DNA of 58,092 nt from an uncultured Candidatus Actinomarina sp. (GCA_902510995.1 CABXDL010000005.1:1-58092), one strand, 5' to 3'. Numbered from the stretch's first letter, positions 8,696 to 20,070 are shown. Numbers and translations are program-made. The notes: a model not told the origin generated them from the sequence alone.

Positions 8696-10581
8696 AATAC
8701 AATCAACGGTGTAGCCACAAAGAGCGAGACGAGTAGAAGTAAGAATAAACCAAAATATACAACATAATTTCTGACAAGTCCTGATTGAGTTACTGATATC
8801 GTCTTTGAAGATTTGTAGAAAAGATTAGATACTCCATTAACGAAACCGTCAATTACTAACCCGTCAATTACTACTGCTACTTTCCTAACAAATGATTTAG
8901 GTATTTCTACAAATAGATAGTGTCCAACTTTGTTCAAATACAGTACCTCGGATGATAAGCTCCTAACTTCTTTTAAGAAAGGAATCTCAAATTTAAAATA
9001 TGAAAATATATCTACAATGTATATCAAATATGCCATGCCAAGTCCTGTAAACCCTGCTCCAATTGATATCAAAGCAAGAATGACAACTGCAATTCCCTCA
9101 GGTAGGTGAGTTATTTCTACATCACTTAATGTGGAATGTAGGACTTTTTCTAATCCATGAAAAAATGGTGTGTTTATAAAACCTATAAAGATTGAAAATA
9201 TACCTAAAAGTAACAATGGCCTAGTCATCATTTTTGGTGCCTCGTGAATGTTGTCAATATTGTTTGCTGGTTCTTTATGAAAAATTAATAACCAATGCCT
9301 CCCCATATAAAATGCAGTCATAAATGCTGCAAGTAATGAGAGTGCCCAGAAACCATAATAAATTCCACCTTTAGCAAAAGTAGAAGCAAGGATTTCATCT
9401 TTAGACCAAAAACCTGCAAGTGGAGGTATACCAGAAATTGCTAAAGTTCCAATACCCATCATTGCTGCTGTCATTGGCATTTTTTTCTTTAAGCCTCCCA
9501 TCTTATGAATGTTTTGTTCATGGTGCATTTCATGTATTACAGCTCCTGCGCCTAAGAAAAGTAATGCCTTGAAGAATGCATGTGTAACTAAATGAAAAAT
9601 TGCTGCTACATAAGCACCTGCTCCAATTGCTATAAACATAAATCCAAGTTGTGAGATTGTTGAGTAAGCAAGAACCTTTTTGATGTCATCTTGGTTTATA
9701 GCAGCAAAAGCTGAAATTAAGGCAGTTAGTAAACCTACGCTTATGACTAAGATGCTAGAAATTTCTGAAAACTGCAATAACGGAGATATTCTAACCAACA
9801 TGAAAACTCCAGCTGTTACCATCGTGGCAGCATGGATCAAAGCACTTGCAGGAGTGGGACCTTCCATAGCATCTGGTAACCAACTAAATAATGGAAATTG
9901 AGCTGATTTTCCAAAAGCACCAATAATAAGAAAGACAACTATCAGGTCAAGATTTTCAGGTTGATTTAATAGTGTTGTCTCAAAAACTTTTTTGAACGAA
10001 AACGTATCAAATGTATTCAATATCATCATTAAAGCAATCAAAAAACCAAAATCACCGATTCGATTTAATATGAAGGCTTTGCTCCCAGCTTTAGCTGCTT
10101 TTTTCTTTTCAGACCAAAAAGAAATTAATAAGTAAGAACTTAAACCAACAAGCTCCCAACCAAAAAACATAACTAAGAAGTTAGCTGACATAACTAAAAG
10201 GAGCATTGAGAAGACAAAGAAATTAAAATATACAAAATATTTAACATATCTCGGATCACCACTCATATAAGAAGTAGAGAAAATTTGTATTACTAAACCT
10301 AAACCAGTAACTAAAAGCATCATGGTTCCGGATAAGCCATCAAGAAGAAATTCAAACTTAATTTCAGGATCAGGGAACCATGTATACATTTCTAGTGAAA
10401 TTGGTTTAAATTTATCTAACAATAAAGCTCCAAACATTAGCAATGAGACTGAAAATGATAAAAGTGCTGCATTTATGGTTATGAATGTAGTTAATCTTTC
10501 ATTAAGTAATGAAGAGATAGAGTTTAAAAATATTGAAACCATCAATGGGATAAAAACAACTGCTAATAAAATATACTCCAT
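8692..10581 (-). CDS. nuoL: NADH-quinone oxidoreductase subunit L
   Basis: 629-aa antiporter-like subunit (WLPDAMEGPTPASALIHAATMV) with a long C-terminal lateral-helix region. Confidence 0.93.
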   Translation of the reverse strand: MEYILLAVVFIPLMVSIFLNSISSLLNERLTTFITINAALLSFSVSLLMFGALLLDKFKPISLEMYTWFPDPEIKFEFLLDGLSGTMMLLVTGLGLVIQIFSTSYMSGDPRYVKYFVYFNFFVFSMLLLVMSANFLVMFFGWELVGLSSYLLISFWSEKKKAAKAGSKAFILNRIGDFGFLIALMMILNTFDTFSFKKVFETTLLNQPENLDLIVVFLIIGAFGKSAQFPLFSWLPDAMEGPTPASALIHAATMVTAGVFMLVRISPLLQFSEISSILVISVGLLTALISAFAAINQDDIKKVLAYSTISQLGFMFIAIGAGAYVAAIFHLVTHAFFKALLFLGAGAVIHEMHHEQNIHKMGGLKKKMPMTAAMMGIGTLAISGIPPLAGFWSKDEILASTFAKGGIYYGFWALSLLAAFMTAFYMGRHWLLIFHKEPANNIDNIHEAPKMMTRPLLLLGIFSIFIGFINTPFFHGLEKVLHSTLSDVEITHLPEGIAVVILALISIGAGFTGLGMAYLIYIVDIFSYFKFEIPFLKEVRSLSSEVLYLNKVGHYLFVEIPKSFVRKVAVVIDGLVIDGFVNGVSNLFYKSSKTISVTQSGLVRNYVVYFGLFLLLLVSLFVATPLIVL

Positions 10582-10583
10582 TG

Positions 10584-10895
10584 CTAACCTTTCGAAGACC
10601 TTAATATATCCACTGAAGCTGTTTCTTGTTTCTTGAATATTGAAACAATTATTGCTAAACCTACAACAACTTCTGCAGCTGCTACTACCAGGACAAAAAA
10701 TACTGCTACTTGTGCATCAATTGTTCCAAAATGCTTTGATGCTGTAATAAAAGTTAGATTTACTGCATTAAGCATAAGCTCAATACACATAAACATTATT
10801 AATGCATTCTTACGAATCATCATTCCTATAAAGCCAATTGAAAACAGTAAAGAGGCTAGAGTTAAATACCAATCGGTGGTTACTTCAATCATCAT
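10584..10895 (-). CDS. nuoK: NADH-quinone oxidoreductase subunit K
   Basis: 103 aa, 3 TM, with the conserved [11 protein letters not shown] segment. Confidence 0.9.
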   Translation of the reverse strand: MMIEVTTDWYLTLASLLFSIGFIGMMIRKNALIMFMCIELMLNAVNLTFITASKHFGTIDAQVAVFFVLVVAAAEVVVGLAIIVSIFKKQETASVDILRSSKG

Positions 10896-11412
10896 CTTTC
10901 CTAGTTTTGGTGTCGTAAGCTAAAGCAATTGCTGCTGTTGCAGCAACAATTAAGAGAATTGATATAACTTCAAATGGAAAAACCCAACCAGTAAATAAAG
11001 TTGAAGCAATTAAATCAGGAGTTCCCTCAATACTGTAGTCAACAGCTGGAAACCATAAATCCCATTTAAATCCTGAGTTAATAACTACATATGCCAATAG
11101 TGAGCCGAGTAAAATTAATGTTCCTAAAACAAGAAAGGTTTGACCTTTTATTTCTTCTTTAGTCTGTTCCGCCTTGTCTACTCCTATCATCATTATTACA
11201 AATAAGAAAAGAGTCATCACGGCTCCTGCATATACCAACATCTGTACCATTGCTACAAAAGTTGCATTTAGAGTTATGTATACAACTGCTAGTGAAGCAA
11301 GTGTAAGGACTAACCCCATAGAATTATGAACCGGATTTTTTGCAAATATAACGATTAATGCACCTGCTAAAACAAAAAGAGAAGGTATAGCAAATAAAAT
11401 TAAATCCAACAT
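10885..11412 (-). CDS. nuoJ: NADH-quinone oxidoreductase subunit J
   Basis: 175 aa, multi-TM, lying between nuoI and nuoK. Confidence 0.85.
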   Translation of the reverse strand: MLDLILFAIPSLFVLAGALIVIFAKNPVHNSMGLVLTLASLAVVYITLNATFVAMVQMLVYAGAVMTLFLFVIMMIGVDKAEQTKEEIKGQTFLVLGTLILLGSLLAYVVINSGFKWDLWFPAVDYSIEGTPDLIASTLFTGWVFPFEVISILLIVAATAAIALAYDTKTRKDDD

Positions 11413-11413
11413 A

Positions 11414-12028
11414 CTACTCTTCCTCTAAAGATTGACCTTTTTCAGGTTCTCTTTCCCCAACCCCCAAAGATCCTGTCCAACCAACAGTGTCTTCAAATTC
11501 AGGATTACCGCTTGAAGATGTAGCCCGCATCCAGCCATCAGCATTTTTTAATTCATCTGGATTAGTTAATTTTGTTTGTTCTTCATGTGTATTAGGGTTT
11601 CCTTCTTCATCCACTAACAAAATAGACTTATCAAAAACGGCTTCTGATCTATTTGCAACACTCATTTCAAATAAAGACGTCATTGTAATTGCTTCTGTTG
11701 GGCATGCCTCAACACATAGGGCACAATAAATACATCTCAACATATTAATTTCATAAATGAAGCCATATCTCTCGCCAGGACTTACGGGATTTTCTTCAGG
11801 ATTATCTTCTCCCCTAACATATATACATTGAGCTGGACACGCCCCCGCACATAACTCACAACCAATACATTTCTCCATGCCATCTTCATACTTGTTTAGA
11901 ACATGCCTTCCATGAAATCGTTGTGGTTTATCTCTAAACTCTTTTGGGTATTTATCAGTTACAGACTTTCTAAATAACTCTCTAAAAGTTACTTTTAATC
12001 CTTTTAATAAATCGTATGCAGCACTCAT
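11414..12028 (-). CDS. nuoI: NADH-quinone oxidoreductase subunit I (2x[4Fe-4S] ferredoxin-type)
   Basis: CIGCELCAGACP and CIYCALCVEACP motifs. I prefer the ATG at 12028, which has GGAG about 10 nt upstream and lies just past the nuoH stop, over the TTG at 12055. Acidic C-terminal tail. Confidence 0.9.
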   Translation of the reverse strand: MSAAYDLLKGLKVTFRELFRKSVTDKYPKEFRDKPQRFHGRHVLNKYEDGMEKCIGCELCAGACPAQCIYVRGEDNPEENPVSPGERYGFIYEINMLRCIYCALCVEACPTEAITMTSLFEMSVANRSEAVFDKSILLVDEEGNPNTHEEQTKLTNPDELKNADGWMRATSSSGNPEFEDTVGWTGSLGVGEREPEKGQSLEEE

Positions 12029-12035
12029 AATATTT

Positions 12036-13133
12036 TTAACTCCATGGGAATCCAAACTCTCTAATACCTAAGACGATTGATGTAAGAATCAACCATACAA
12101 GTGATATAGGTATCAATCTTTTCCAGCCCAGCTCCATTAACTGGTCATATCTTAAACGTGGCAAGGTTGCCCTAATCCACACATAAATAAATAAAAGTCC
12201 AAAAGTTTTTACACCTAACCAAAAAGCAGGCATAAATGCTGAAATTAGAGGAGGTAAAAAGTTTGAGAATGTAGGACCTAACCATCCTCCTAAAAAGAAT
12301 GTTGCTGTAATAGCGCACATATTAAACATATTGATATATTCAGCTAAGAAAAACATAGCAAACCTAAAACCTGAATATTCAGTGTGGAAACCTCCAACTA
12401 ATTCCTGTTCTGCTTCTACAAGATCAAATGGTGCTCTATTGACTTCTGCAACTGAAGCTATGAAAAATATTGCAAAAGCTACAAATTGTGGGAAAACATT
12501 CCATTTTGGGATAAAGCTAACAATTGCATCTAAAAATGGTATTGGGCTTGAAAGATTTCCTGCCTGACTTTTAACAATTTCAGTCATTGACATTGATCCG
12601 GAATATAAAATTACTGGAACAAGTGAAAGGCCCATTGCTGCTTCATATGAAATCATTTGAGCAGAAGCTCTTACCCCTCCTAATAGAGGATATTTTGAAC
12701 CAGAAGACCACCCTGCAAGAACTACACTGTAAACAGCTATAGATGAGAGTGCTAGAAAAAATAAAACGCCTACATTCAGATCAGCACCGACAAGCGGTAC
12801 ATTAATATTTTGCCCATTTATTTCTAAGTTAAGATCAGGACCAAGTGGGATAATCATAAATATTAAAAATGAAGGTACTAGTGCAATAATTGGAGCTAAA
12901 AGATACATGGCTCTATCAGCTTTGAGTGGCATTATTTGTTCTTTTAGTAAAAGTTTTATAGCATCGGCAACTGTTTGAAATATTCCAAAAGGCCCCGCTC
13001 TATCTGGGCCAACTCGGGCTTGCATGCCTGCAACGACTTTTCTTTCAAGCCAAATTAAAAGTAAAGTGTTTGTTAGAAGTAAACCTAAAATTAAAAAAGC
13101 TTTAATAGCAGAAATAATTAAATCAATTGACAC
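12036..13133 (-). CDS. nuoH: NADH-quinone oxidoreductase subunit H
   Basis: 365 aa, polytopic, with conserved motifs RVGPDRAGPFGIFQ and APFDLVEAEQELVGGFHTEYSG. Confidence 0.93.
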   Translation of the reverse strand: MSIDLIISAIKAFLILGLLLTNTLLLIWLERKVVAGMQARVGPDRAGPFGIFQTVADAIKLLLKEQIMPLKADRAMYLLAPIIALVPSFLIFMIIPLGPDLNLEINGQNINVPLVGADLNVGVLFFLALSSIAVYSVVLAGWSSGSKYPLLGGVRASAQMISYEAAMGLSLVPVILYSGSMSMTEIVKSQAGNLSSPIPFLDAIVSFIPKWNVFPQFVAFAIFFIASVAEVNRAPFDLVEAEQELVGGFHTEYSGFRFAMFFLAEYINMFNMCAITATFFLGGWLGPTFSNFLPPLISAFMPAFWLGVKTFGLLFIYVWIRATLPRLRYDQLMELGWKRLIPISLVWLILTSIVLGIREFGFPWS

Positions 13134-15456
13134 TTAATTCCTCCCTGTTTTTAGCTTCAGTTATTTCAAACTCTTTAGATGGGTCTACATTTTCAAAACC
13201 CCTTCTGTTAATAGGTGCAACTACTAAACCATCAGGAAGAAACTCATTTATATCTATATTTATCAATATTGAATTAGAACCCTGCACAAGGTTGCCAAAC
13301 TGTGACTTAATTCCAAATTTTTTTGCTGTTTCAGAATTAAGCTCTATAAATCGTTCTGCTCCTAGCATTGAAATTGAAGGAGAATTTATTTGTGTACTTG
13401 AATCTCCATAAAGCCTTCTAACCATCAATAATGAAAACGTGTCTTCATGAAGGTCTTTAGTATTAATGTTTATTTCTTTTCTATTTATAACTCCAAACAG
13501 ATTGCTTGGTTTATTTAAATTATCAAATGTAGCTACTTGTTGTTGATCTTTATATTCTTTTACTAAAAAACTATTTATTTCGTTTTCATTTCTATATTGA
13601 ACATCTCCTCCAAGGATATTTAAAATAGCTGTTAAGTATTCCCACTCAGAAAGTGTTGAACCGGGAGCAGGAAGAATTTTATTCTGCTTCATTACTCTCA
13701 TCTCCATATTTGTTATTGTTCCTTCTTTCTCACCTAAAGAAGTTGTAGGGAGTATTAGGTCTGCTAACTCAGTTGTTTCGTTAATAAATAAATCCATAGA
13801 AACTACAAAATCTGAAGAAATTAAAATTTCTTTAATTGGTTGAGCAAAATGTGATGAATTTACAGGATTAACTCCAACTGTAAATACAATATTTTTTGCA
13901 TCATTATCAAACTCATTACAAAATTCATTTAAGCCTTTAACTTCATCTATGTTTTGTAAAGCACCAAAAGTATTGCCCTTGCTAAAAGAATTAAAAACTT
14001 TTAATTCAGATGATTCATTTAGATAGTTAATTAATTTATCCAAAGATTCTTTCTTCTGAAAAACTGTTGATTTACCAGCAATAACAGTTACTTTTTTACC
14101 TTGAGTATTATTTTTCAAATCTTCTATTTCACTTGGGTTTACAATTAAATCAAATTTGTTAGAAACTATACCCTTTCCAAAATAAAAATCCGCAAGGCCC
14201 GCTATGGCTGTATTAGTATGTCCAAATACAATTAACTTTGCACCATTCTTGACTGCTTTTTTAATTCTTAAATAAAGAATTGGTAAATTATCTTTAATAT
14301 CTTCACACCAGACAACTATCGTTTCTGAACTATCTAGATCTTCTAGTTTTGCTTTTGAATATTCATCATCAAAATAACCATTAAATAAAAGATCATCACT
14401 AAAATAAACATTCGAACTATCCCTGCTCAAAAATTTATCTTTATTTAAATAATTAGCTACTTCATTAATTACAAAATATTCTTCATTTGTACTGTGAGAA
14501 CCTATTAAAAACTTTATATTTGGATTATCTAATTCATTAATTTTATCTTTAATCTTTACTGTAGCTTCAGCAATTGATATTTCATTAAATGAATCCTCAC
14601 TCTTATTAAGAATATTTAATACTCTATTTTCAGAATGAAGAAAGTCAAAATTGTATCGACCTTTATCAGAAAGCCATCCTTGATTGGTAAATTCATTATC
14701 TTCTCCCAATATTCTTAACATTTTATTTTGTGAAGTATTTAGTTCAATTGAACAACCTACCGAACAACAATTACAGGTGGAAGAAACTTTTTTTAGATCC
14801 CAAGGTCTAGCTTTAAACCTATAAGAGGTTGAAGTTAAAGCGCCAACGGGACAAATTTGGACCGTGTTGCCTGAAAAATATGATCTAAATGGTTCATTAG
14901 GAAATGTATTAACTTCTGTTTTATTTCCTCTTTGTATAAATTCAATTAATGGATCCCCTGAAATTTCATCTGAGAATCTTGTACATCTGGCGCAAAGAAT
15001 ACATCTCTCTCTATCAAGAAGGATTACTTCAGAAATTGGGATTGGTTTTTCAAAATGTCTTTTCTCCTCTACAAATCTTGACTCTCCAGGTCCATAGGCC
15101 ATAGTCTGATCCTGGAGAGGACACTCACCTGCTTTATCGCAAACAGGACAGTCGAGAGGATGATTTATTAATAAAAATTCTAAAATACCTTCTTGTGCTT
15201 TCGTAACTATCTCAGATTCTGTATCAACTACAAGGTCTTCTGTTATTTCTGTTGTACAAGAAGGAACTAAGGCTTTCCCCCTAGGTGTCTCAACTTCAAC
15301 AAGACACATCCTGCACATTCCAACTGGTTCTAATCTTTTATGCCAGCAAAATCTTGGTATATGAATTCCAGATTTTTCACAAGCTTCAATCAACAACTCT
15401 CCTGATTGTCCTTCAAGCTCTTTCCCGTCTACTGTAAATTTGATATTTTCACTCAT
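13123..15456 (-). CDS. nuoG: NADH-quinone oxidoreductase subunit G
   Basis: N-terminal 2Fe-2S and 4Fe-4S cysteine clusters (CRMCLVEV; HPLDCPVCDKAGECPLQD; CILCARCTRF) followed by a molybdopterin-oxidoreductase-like domain. Confidence 0.93.
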   Translation of the reverse strand: MSENIKFTVDGKELEGQSGELLIEACEKSGIHIPRFCWHKRLEPVGMCRMCLVEVETPRGKALVPSCTTEITEDLVVDTESEIVTKAQEGILEFLLINHPLDCPVCDKAGECPLQDQTMAYGPGESRFVEEKRHFEKPIPISEVILLDRERCILCARCTRFSDEISGDPLIEFIQRGNKTEVNTFPNEPFRSYFSGNTVQICPVGALTSTSYRFKARPWDLKKVSSTCNCCSVGCSIELNTSQNKMLRILGEDNEFTNQGWLSDKGRYNFDFLHSENRVLNILNKSEDSFNEISIAEATVKIKDKINELDNPNIKFLIGSHSTNEEYFVINEVANYLNKDKFLSRDSSNVYFSDDLLFNGYFDDEYSKAKLEDLDSSETIVVWCEDIKDNLPILYLRIKKAVKNGAKLIVFGHTNTAIAGLADFYFGKGIVSNKFDLIVNPSEIEDLKNNTQGKKVTVIAGKSTVFQKKESLDKLINYLNESSELKVFNSFSKGNTFGALQNIDEVKGLNEFCNEFDNDAKNIVFTVGVNPVNSSHFAQPIKEILISSDFVVSMDLFINETTELADLILPTTSLGEKEGTITNMEMRVMKQNKILPAPGSTLSEWEYLTAILNILGGDVQYRNENEINSFLVKEYKDQQQVATFDNLNKPSNLFGVINRKEININTKDLHEDTFSLLMVRRLYGDSSTQINSPSISMLGAERFIELNSETAKKFGIKSQFGNLVQGSNSILINIDINEFLPDGLVVAPINRRGFENVDPSKEFEITEAKNREELSVN

Positions 15457-16747
15457 TATTAATTAACACCTTCTTAGGAAGCAAGCTTTCAACTTCATCA
15501 CGGAAACTACCCATTAATGAAGTAATAGGAGATACCGCAGATGGCCCAAGAGGACAAATCGTAGTCATTTTTGGCGGCCATGATAGACCAGGAGATATGT
15601 TATCACATACATCCAGAAGCAAATCAATATCTGACGTTCTTCCTCTACCACTTGCAATCCTATCTAATATCATTTCTAACCAAGTAGTGCCTTCCCTACA
15701 TGGAGTGCATTGACCACAAGATTCGTGTGCAAAAAAGCTAACAATACTTTTTGCAGCTAGTACAAGATTTGTATCTTGATCCATAACCACTACAGCACCA
15801 GAACCCAACATAGATTTAGCATCTGCAACATCATCAATTGTCATTTTTATATCTAACTGACTGCCCTTAAACCATGGAGCAGAGGCCCCTCCAGGAATAT
15901 AAGCTTTTACAGACTTGTTTTCTTTTATACCTTTTCCAAAAGTATCAATAAATTCACCAAAAGAAGATCCCATCTCAATTTCAAAATTTCCAGGATTATT
16001 TACATGTCCAGATAAACTAAATATTCTTGTACCAGTCGACCCTTCTACTCCTAACTTTGCATAGTCCTTTCCAGAATTATTTATAATCCAAGGAACAGAG
16101 GATATTGTTTCTACATTATTTACTAGAGTTGGCTTATTATAAAGACCTTTTACTGCTGGAAAATATGGGGGTTTTAATCTTGGCTCTCCCCTTCTGCCTT
16201 CTAGTGAGTTCAATAGTGCCGTCTCTTCCCCACAAATATATGCACCTGCGCCTAAATGAACTACAACATCTAGGTTCTTTCCTGAATCAAAAATATTTTT
16301 TCCTAAATATCCTTTTTCATAAGCTTGTTCAATAGCGTCTTGAACTCTTCTTGCGGGTTTTGCATACTCTCCTCTAATGTAAATAAATGCTTTTGATATA
16401 TTTGAAGCAAAAGAGGTAACTATTATTCCCTCAATTAATTGATGAGGGTCTCTTTCGAGTAAAATTCTATCTTTAAAGGTTCCGGGCTCTGATTCATCTC
16501 CATTAATAACTAAATATCTTTCTTGGTCTTCTGCTAAAAATCCCCACTTCACACCTGTAGGAAATCCTGCACCCCCTCTACCTCTAATATTTGAATCTTT
16601 AATTTCTTCAATTACTTCTCCTGGATTGTTCTCTTTTAATACCTTTCTAGCTGCGTTATATCCATTATTTTTCTCATAAATATCTATTAAATGACTATCT
16701 TCCGGGTTCTCTCTCATATGCTTTGTAAGCAATAATGTTTCTTTCAT
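15449..16747 (-). CDS. nuoF: NADH-quinone oxidoreductase subunit F
   Basis: GRGGAGFPTG (FMN/NADH site) and ESCGQCTPCREG (N3 cluster). Confidence 0.95.
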   Translation of the reverse strand: MKETLLLTKHMRENPEDSHLIDIYEKNNGYNAARKVLKENNPGEVIEEIKDSNIRGRGGAGFPTGVKWGFLAEDQERYLVINGDESEPGTFKDRILLERDPHQLIEGIIVTSFASNISKAFIYIRGEYAKPARRVQDAIEQAYEKGYLGKNIFDSGKNLDVVVHLGAGAYICGEETALLNSLEGRRGEPRLKPPYFPAVKGLYNKPTLVNNVETISSVPWIINNSGKDYAKLGVEGSTGTRIFSLSGHVNNPGNFEIEMGSSFGEFIDTFGKGIKENKSVKAYIPGGASAPWFKGSQLDIKMTIDDVADAKSMLGSGAVVVMDQDTNLVLAAKSIVSFFAHESCGQCTPCREGTTWLEMILDRIASGRGRTSDIDLLLDVCDNISPGLSWPPKMTTICPLGPSAVSPITSLMGSFRDEVESLLPKKVLINNE

Positions 16748-16749
16748 AA

Positions 16750-17361
16750 CTATTTTTCCTCTGCTGTTCCAATAATCTGAAATCCAGGAGCTGTACTAGA
16801 GGTTCCTGAGTTATCTTCTATTCCCCAATCAAAAGATTTAACACCTCCAAATTTTTCTTGAAGTTCATCCGCAACTATAACTTTTGGTACTTCTTCTTTA
16901 AGATATTTACATAACTCTAAAGCTTTTGTGGGAGTGACCCCTTCAACTGTTTCGTAGTTAACCTGTACAGCAGGAGCTCCTCCGCAAGCACCTATGCACT
17001 CCACCTCTTCAAAAGTAAAAGTTTTGTCTTCATCAGTTTCATTATTTGCTAATCCTGTGAATTCTTTTATATTATTTATCAATTCTCGTGAATTGTTGAT
17101 CTCACAGGAAATAGATTTACAAACACTTAACAAATATTGACCTGTCGGTTCTTGTTTATACATAGTATAAAAAGATGCAACAGATCTAACCTGAACTTCA
17201 GTAATTCCAATCAACTTACTAATTTCTACAACAGAGTCATCATCAATATAGCCTTCTTTTTCTTGAGCTAGGTATAAAAGCGGCCCAAGTGCTGATCTTT
17301 TTTGAGGGTATAGCTCAATAATCTCATTAGCTTTTTCAATTAATTTAGTATCCCAAGTCAT
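16750..17361 (-). CDS. nuoE: NADH-quinone oxidoreductase subunit E
   Basis: 2Fe-2S thioredoxin-like fold: CKSISC ... CIGACGGAP. Confidence 0.92.
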   Translation of the reverse strand: MTWDTKLIEKANEIIELYPQKRSALGPLLYLAQEKEGYIDDDSVVEISKLIGITEVQVRSVASFYTMYKQEPTGQYLLSVCKSISCEINNSRELINNIKEFTGLANNETDEDKTFTFEEVECIGACGGAPAVQVNYETVEGVTPTKALELCKYLKEEVPKVIVADELQEKFGGVKSFDWGIEDNSGTSSTAPGFQIIGTAEEK

Positions 17362-18719
17362 CTGTCTACATCTCCTATTACTGGATCTAAAGAAGCAATA
17401 GCGGCAACCGCATCTGCTATTGGACTATCAGCCATAATTACTGGTAAGGCTTGAAGATTGCAGAAAGATGGACCTCTAATGTGCATTCTATATGGTTTAG
17501 AAGAGCCATCTGAAACTATGTAGCAGCCGAGTTCTCCCCTTGGGGATTCAACTGCTACATAAGCCTCTCCGGGAGGAACCTTGAAACCTTCTGTGTAAAT
17601 TTTGAAGTGATGTATTAAAGCCTCCATAGACTCATCTAATCTTTTTCTTGGAGGAGGTGTTACTTTTTTATCTTGAATTCTGTATGGACCTTTAGGAATT
17701 GTATTCATTACTTGTTCAACAATTTTTAAACTCTCAATAATTTCAAGTACTTTAATTCTCCACCTAGAAAAAACATCACTATCAGTCAACAAAGGAACAT
17801 CAAATTCATAATTTTCAATTCCTGAATATGGTTGAGTCTTTCTTAGGTCCCATGAAAAACCAGAAGCTCTTAGGCTGGGACCAGTAATTCCATATGCTAA
17901 ACATTCCTCTGTTGTTAGAATCCCAACATTTTTCAACCTTCCCTGCCATATAGGGTTATCTAGCAACATTTCATCATAATCATTTAATTTTTCTGGAATC
18001 ACTTTTAAGATTTCTTTTACATCTTTTTGCCAATTATCTGGTAGGTCTGCTGCAACCCCTCCTGGCCTTATATAATTGTGATTCATTCTTAATCCTGTAG
18101 TTTTCTCAAAAAAGTTTAAAATTAACTCTCTTTCTCTAAAACCAAATATCATCATTGACAATGCTCCAATATCCATACCTCCTGTAGCAAGTGCTACTAA
18201 ATGAGAGGAGACCCTGTTTAATTCGGTCATCAATATTCTTATTGCTTTTGCTCTTTCAGGAACTTCTATATTTAAAAGTTTCTCAGTCGTTAAAGAGAAA
18301 ACTAACTCATTAAAAAGTGGTGAAAGATAATCCATTCGGGTTGTGTTGGTTGGTCCTTGAAAGTAAGCAAGCTCTTCACCTGTTTTTTCCATACCAGTAT
18401 GTAGGTACCCAATGACAGGTTTTACCCTTCTAACAACCTCACCTTCTAATTCCACCTGAAGCCTTAAAACTCCATGAGTAGAAGGGTGCTGAGGTCCCAT
18501 GTTTACAATCATTCTTTCATCTTCTGTTGTTTCTTCGTTGTAAACATAGTCATCTACTACATCAGATCCTGTTTGTATCTTTATCTGCTTTTCATCCTCT
18601 TCTTCAAGCATTTTTTGAGAACCTTCATCTGTAGAAGAAATATTCCAACCACTTTCTTCAGAATTGGTAGCCCAAAAGTCTAAATCTTCTTTAATATTTT
18701 TTTCATCAACCATACTCAA
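17358..18719 (-). CDS. nuoD: NADH-quinone oxidoreductase subunit D (long acidic N-terminal extension)
   Basis: [15 protein letters not shown] is preceded by about 70 mostly acidic residues. Ends with the conserved DPVIGDVDR. Confidence 0.93.
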   Translation of the reverse strand: MSMVDEKNIKEDLDFWATNSEESGWNISSTDEGSQKMLEEEDEKQIKIQTGSDVVDDYVYNEETTEDERMIVNMGPQHPSTHGVLRLQVELEGEVVRRVKPVIGYLHTGMEKTGEELAYFQGPTNTTRMDYLSPLFNELVFSLTTEKLLNIEVPERAKAIRILMTELNRVSSHLVALATGGMDIGALSMMIFGFRERELILNFFEKTTGLRMNHNYIRPGGVAADLPDNWQKDVKEILKVIPEKLNDYDEMLLDNPIWQGRLKNVGILTTEECLAYGITGPSLRASGFSWDLRKTQPYSGIENYEFDVPLLTDSDVFSRWRIKVLEIIESLKIVEQVMNTIPKGPYRIQDKKVTPPPRKRLDESMEALIHHFKIYTEGFKVPPGEAYVAVESPRGELGCYIVSDGSSKPYRMHIRGPSFCNLQALPVIMADSPIADAVAAIASLDPVIGDVDR

Positions 18720-19129
18720 TCAACCTTTGGTGCATTCTTAAATTGAACAGGTATTCTTCCTGATCCATAATCTTTTCTCAGAGGATTCCCAGTCCAGTCA
18801 TCGGGCATTAGTATTCTTGTTAGCTCAGGATGATTCTCAAATTCAATTCCAAACATATCAAAAACTTCCCTTTCGAAAAAATTAGCCCCTGGGTAAATTT
18901 CACATATAGAAGGAATCTTTAAGCTCTCGTCTGGAACGTTTACATTTAGAATTACTCGTAAATTTTTTGATACAGATAGCAAATTAACTACTACTTGAAA
19001 TCTGGGTTCCTTTTTTCTATACCAGTCAACAGCTGTTAGGTCTACCATCATTTCGTAACCTTCTTTTTTAAAATTTTCAACTGTTTCGTAATATTGGTTT
19101 ATATCAACATTTATTGTTTCGTAACTCAT
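18716..19129 (-). CDS. nuoC: NADH-quinone oxidoreductase subunit C (compact, 137 aa)
   Basis: [23 protein letters not shown] motif, lying between nuoB and nuoD. Confidence 0.9.
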   Translation of the reverse strand: MSYETINVDINQYYETVENFKKEGYEMMVDLTAVDWYRKKEPRFQVVVNLLSVSKNLRVILNVNVPDESLKIPSICEIYPGANFFEREVFDMFGIEFENHPELTRILMPDDWTGNPLRKDYGSGRIPVQFKNAPKVD

Positions 19130-19587
19130 CTATTGATTTCACCTTCCATTATTTTGTCATGCAAGGTTAAAATTCCATGCATTAAGGACTGTGGGCCTGG
19201 TGGGCAACCAGGAACATATATGTCAACTGGAACAATGTGGTCTACTCCTTGAACTAGAGCATAATTATTAAACATTCCACCAGTTGAAGAACATGCACCC
19301 ATGGCAATTACCCATTTTGGTTCTGCCATCTGATCGTATACCTGCCTAAGTACAGGCGCCATTTTTTGAGAAACTCTTCCTGCAACAATCATCAAATCAG
19401 CTTGTCTTGGAGATGCTCTAAATACTTCCATTCCATATCTTGCTAAATCATATTTTGCAGATCCAGCAGCCATCATTTCAATTGCACAACAAGCTAGTCC
19501 AAATGTAACAGGCCACATTGACTGTGTTCTAGACCATCTAACTGCTTTATCAATTGTTGTGGTAAATATATTATCTGGAGAAAACAT
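19126..19587 (-). CDS. nuoB: NADH-quinone oxidoreductase subunit B
   Basis: N2 cluster cysteines: [24 protein letters not shown]. Confidence 0.95.
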   Translation of the reverse strand: MFSPDNIFTTTIDKAVRWSRTQSMWPVTFGLACCAIEMMAAGSAKYDLARYGMEVFRASPRQADLMIVAGRVSQKMAPVLRQVYDQMAEPKWVIAMGACSSTGGMFNNYALVQGVDHIVPVDIYVPGCPPGPQSLMHGILTLHDKIMEGEINR

Positions 19588-19991
19588 TAGGAGACTTTTT
19601 CTTCAATTTTCGATTCGTGATATCTTTTTCTTCGAGGAACATTCCAATCTAATACATCTTTTTTCCAAACATAATATAAAGTCTCTAATACAAAAAATGA
19701 AAAGATTGATATTACTAATATTCCATACCAGCCGAGCTGATTAAATCGTGTTGCCCAGGCTAAAAGAAATATTATTTCAATATCAAAAACTATATAAAGC
19801 ATTGCAACCATATAAAATTTCACAGGAAATCTTTGAGATGGTTCTTCTTCCGGAAAAATTCCACATTCATACGGAGCAAGTTTCTCTATAGTGGGATTTT
19901 TTGGAGATAAGAGATAGGAAACACCTAAAGAAGCTAGTGCAAAACCAACAGCTATTAATAACATGATTAATATAGGTAACCAACTAATCAT
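19587..19991 (-). CDS. nuoA: NADH-quinone oxidoreductase subunit A
   Basis: 134 aa, 3 TM, with a YECGI motif. GGGAGGG SD upstream. The TAATG junction gives a 1-nt overlap with nuoB. Confidence 0.9.
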   Translation of the reverse strand: MISWLPILIMLLIAVGFALASLGVSYLLSPKNPTIEKLAPYECGIFPEEEPSQRFPVKFYMVAMLYIVFDIEIIFLLAWATRFNQLGWYGILVISIFSFFVLETLYYVWKKDVLDWNVPRRKRYHESKIEEKVS

Positions 19992-20007
19992 TAATTCCCT
20001 CCCGTGT

Positions 20008-20025
20008 TTGTGAAAACTTTCACAA
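20008..20025. promoter_or_regulatory. Rex operator (ROP) upstream of nuoA
   Basis: TTGTGAAAACTTTCACAA matches the TTGTGAA-N4-TTCACAA Rex palindrome exactly. It lies 17 nt upstream of the nuoA start codon, and rex is encoded 1.4 kb away. Confidence 0.8.
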
Positions 20026-20070
20026 ACTATATAATTATTCTACTACTTATTTCTTTTTTTTGTGAAGAGA

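Noticed and set aside
17358-19129. Short NuoC (137 aa) followed by NuoD with an acidic N-terminal extension of about 70 aa, considered as a possible domain transfer or frameshifted nuoCD fusion.
   Set aside because: Both ORFs are intact, with a normal 4-nt overlap. Actinobacterial NuoD proteins commonly carry N-terminal extensions. There is no evidence of a frameshift.
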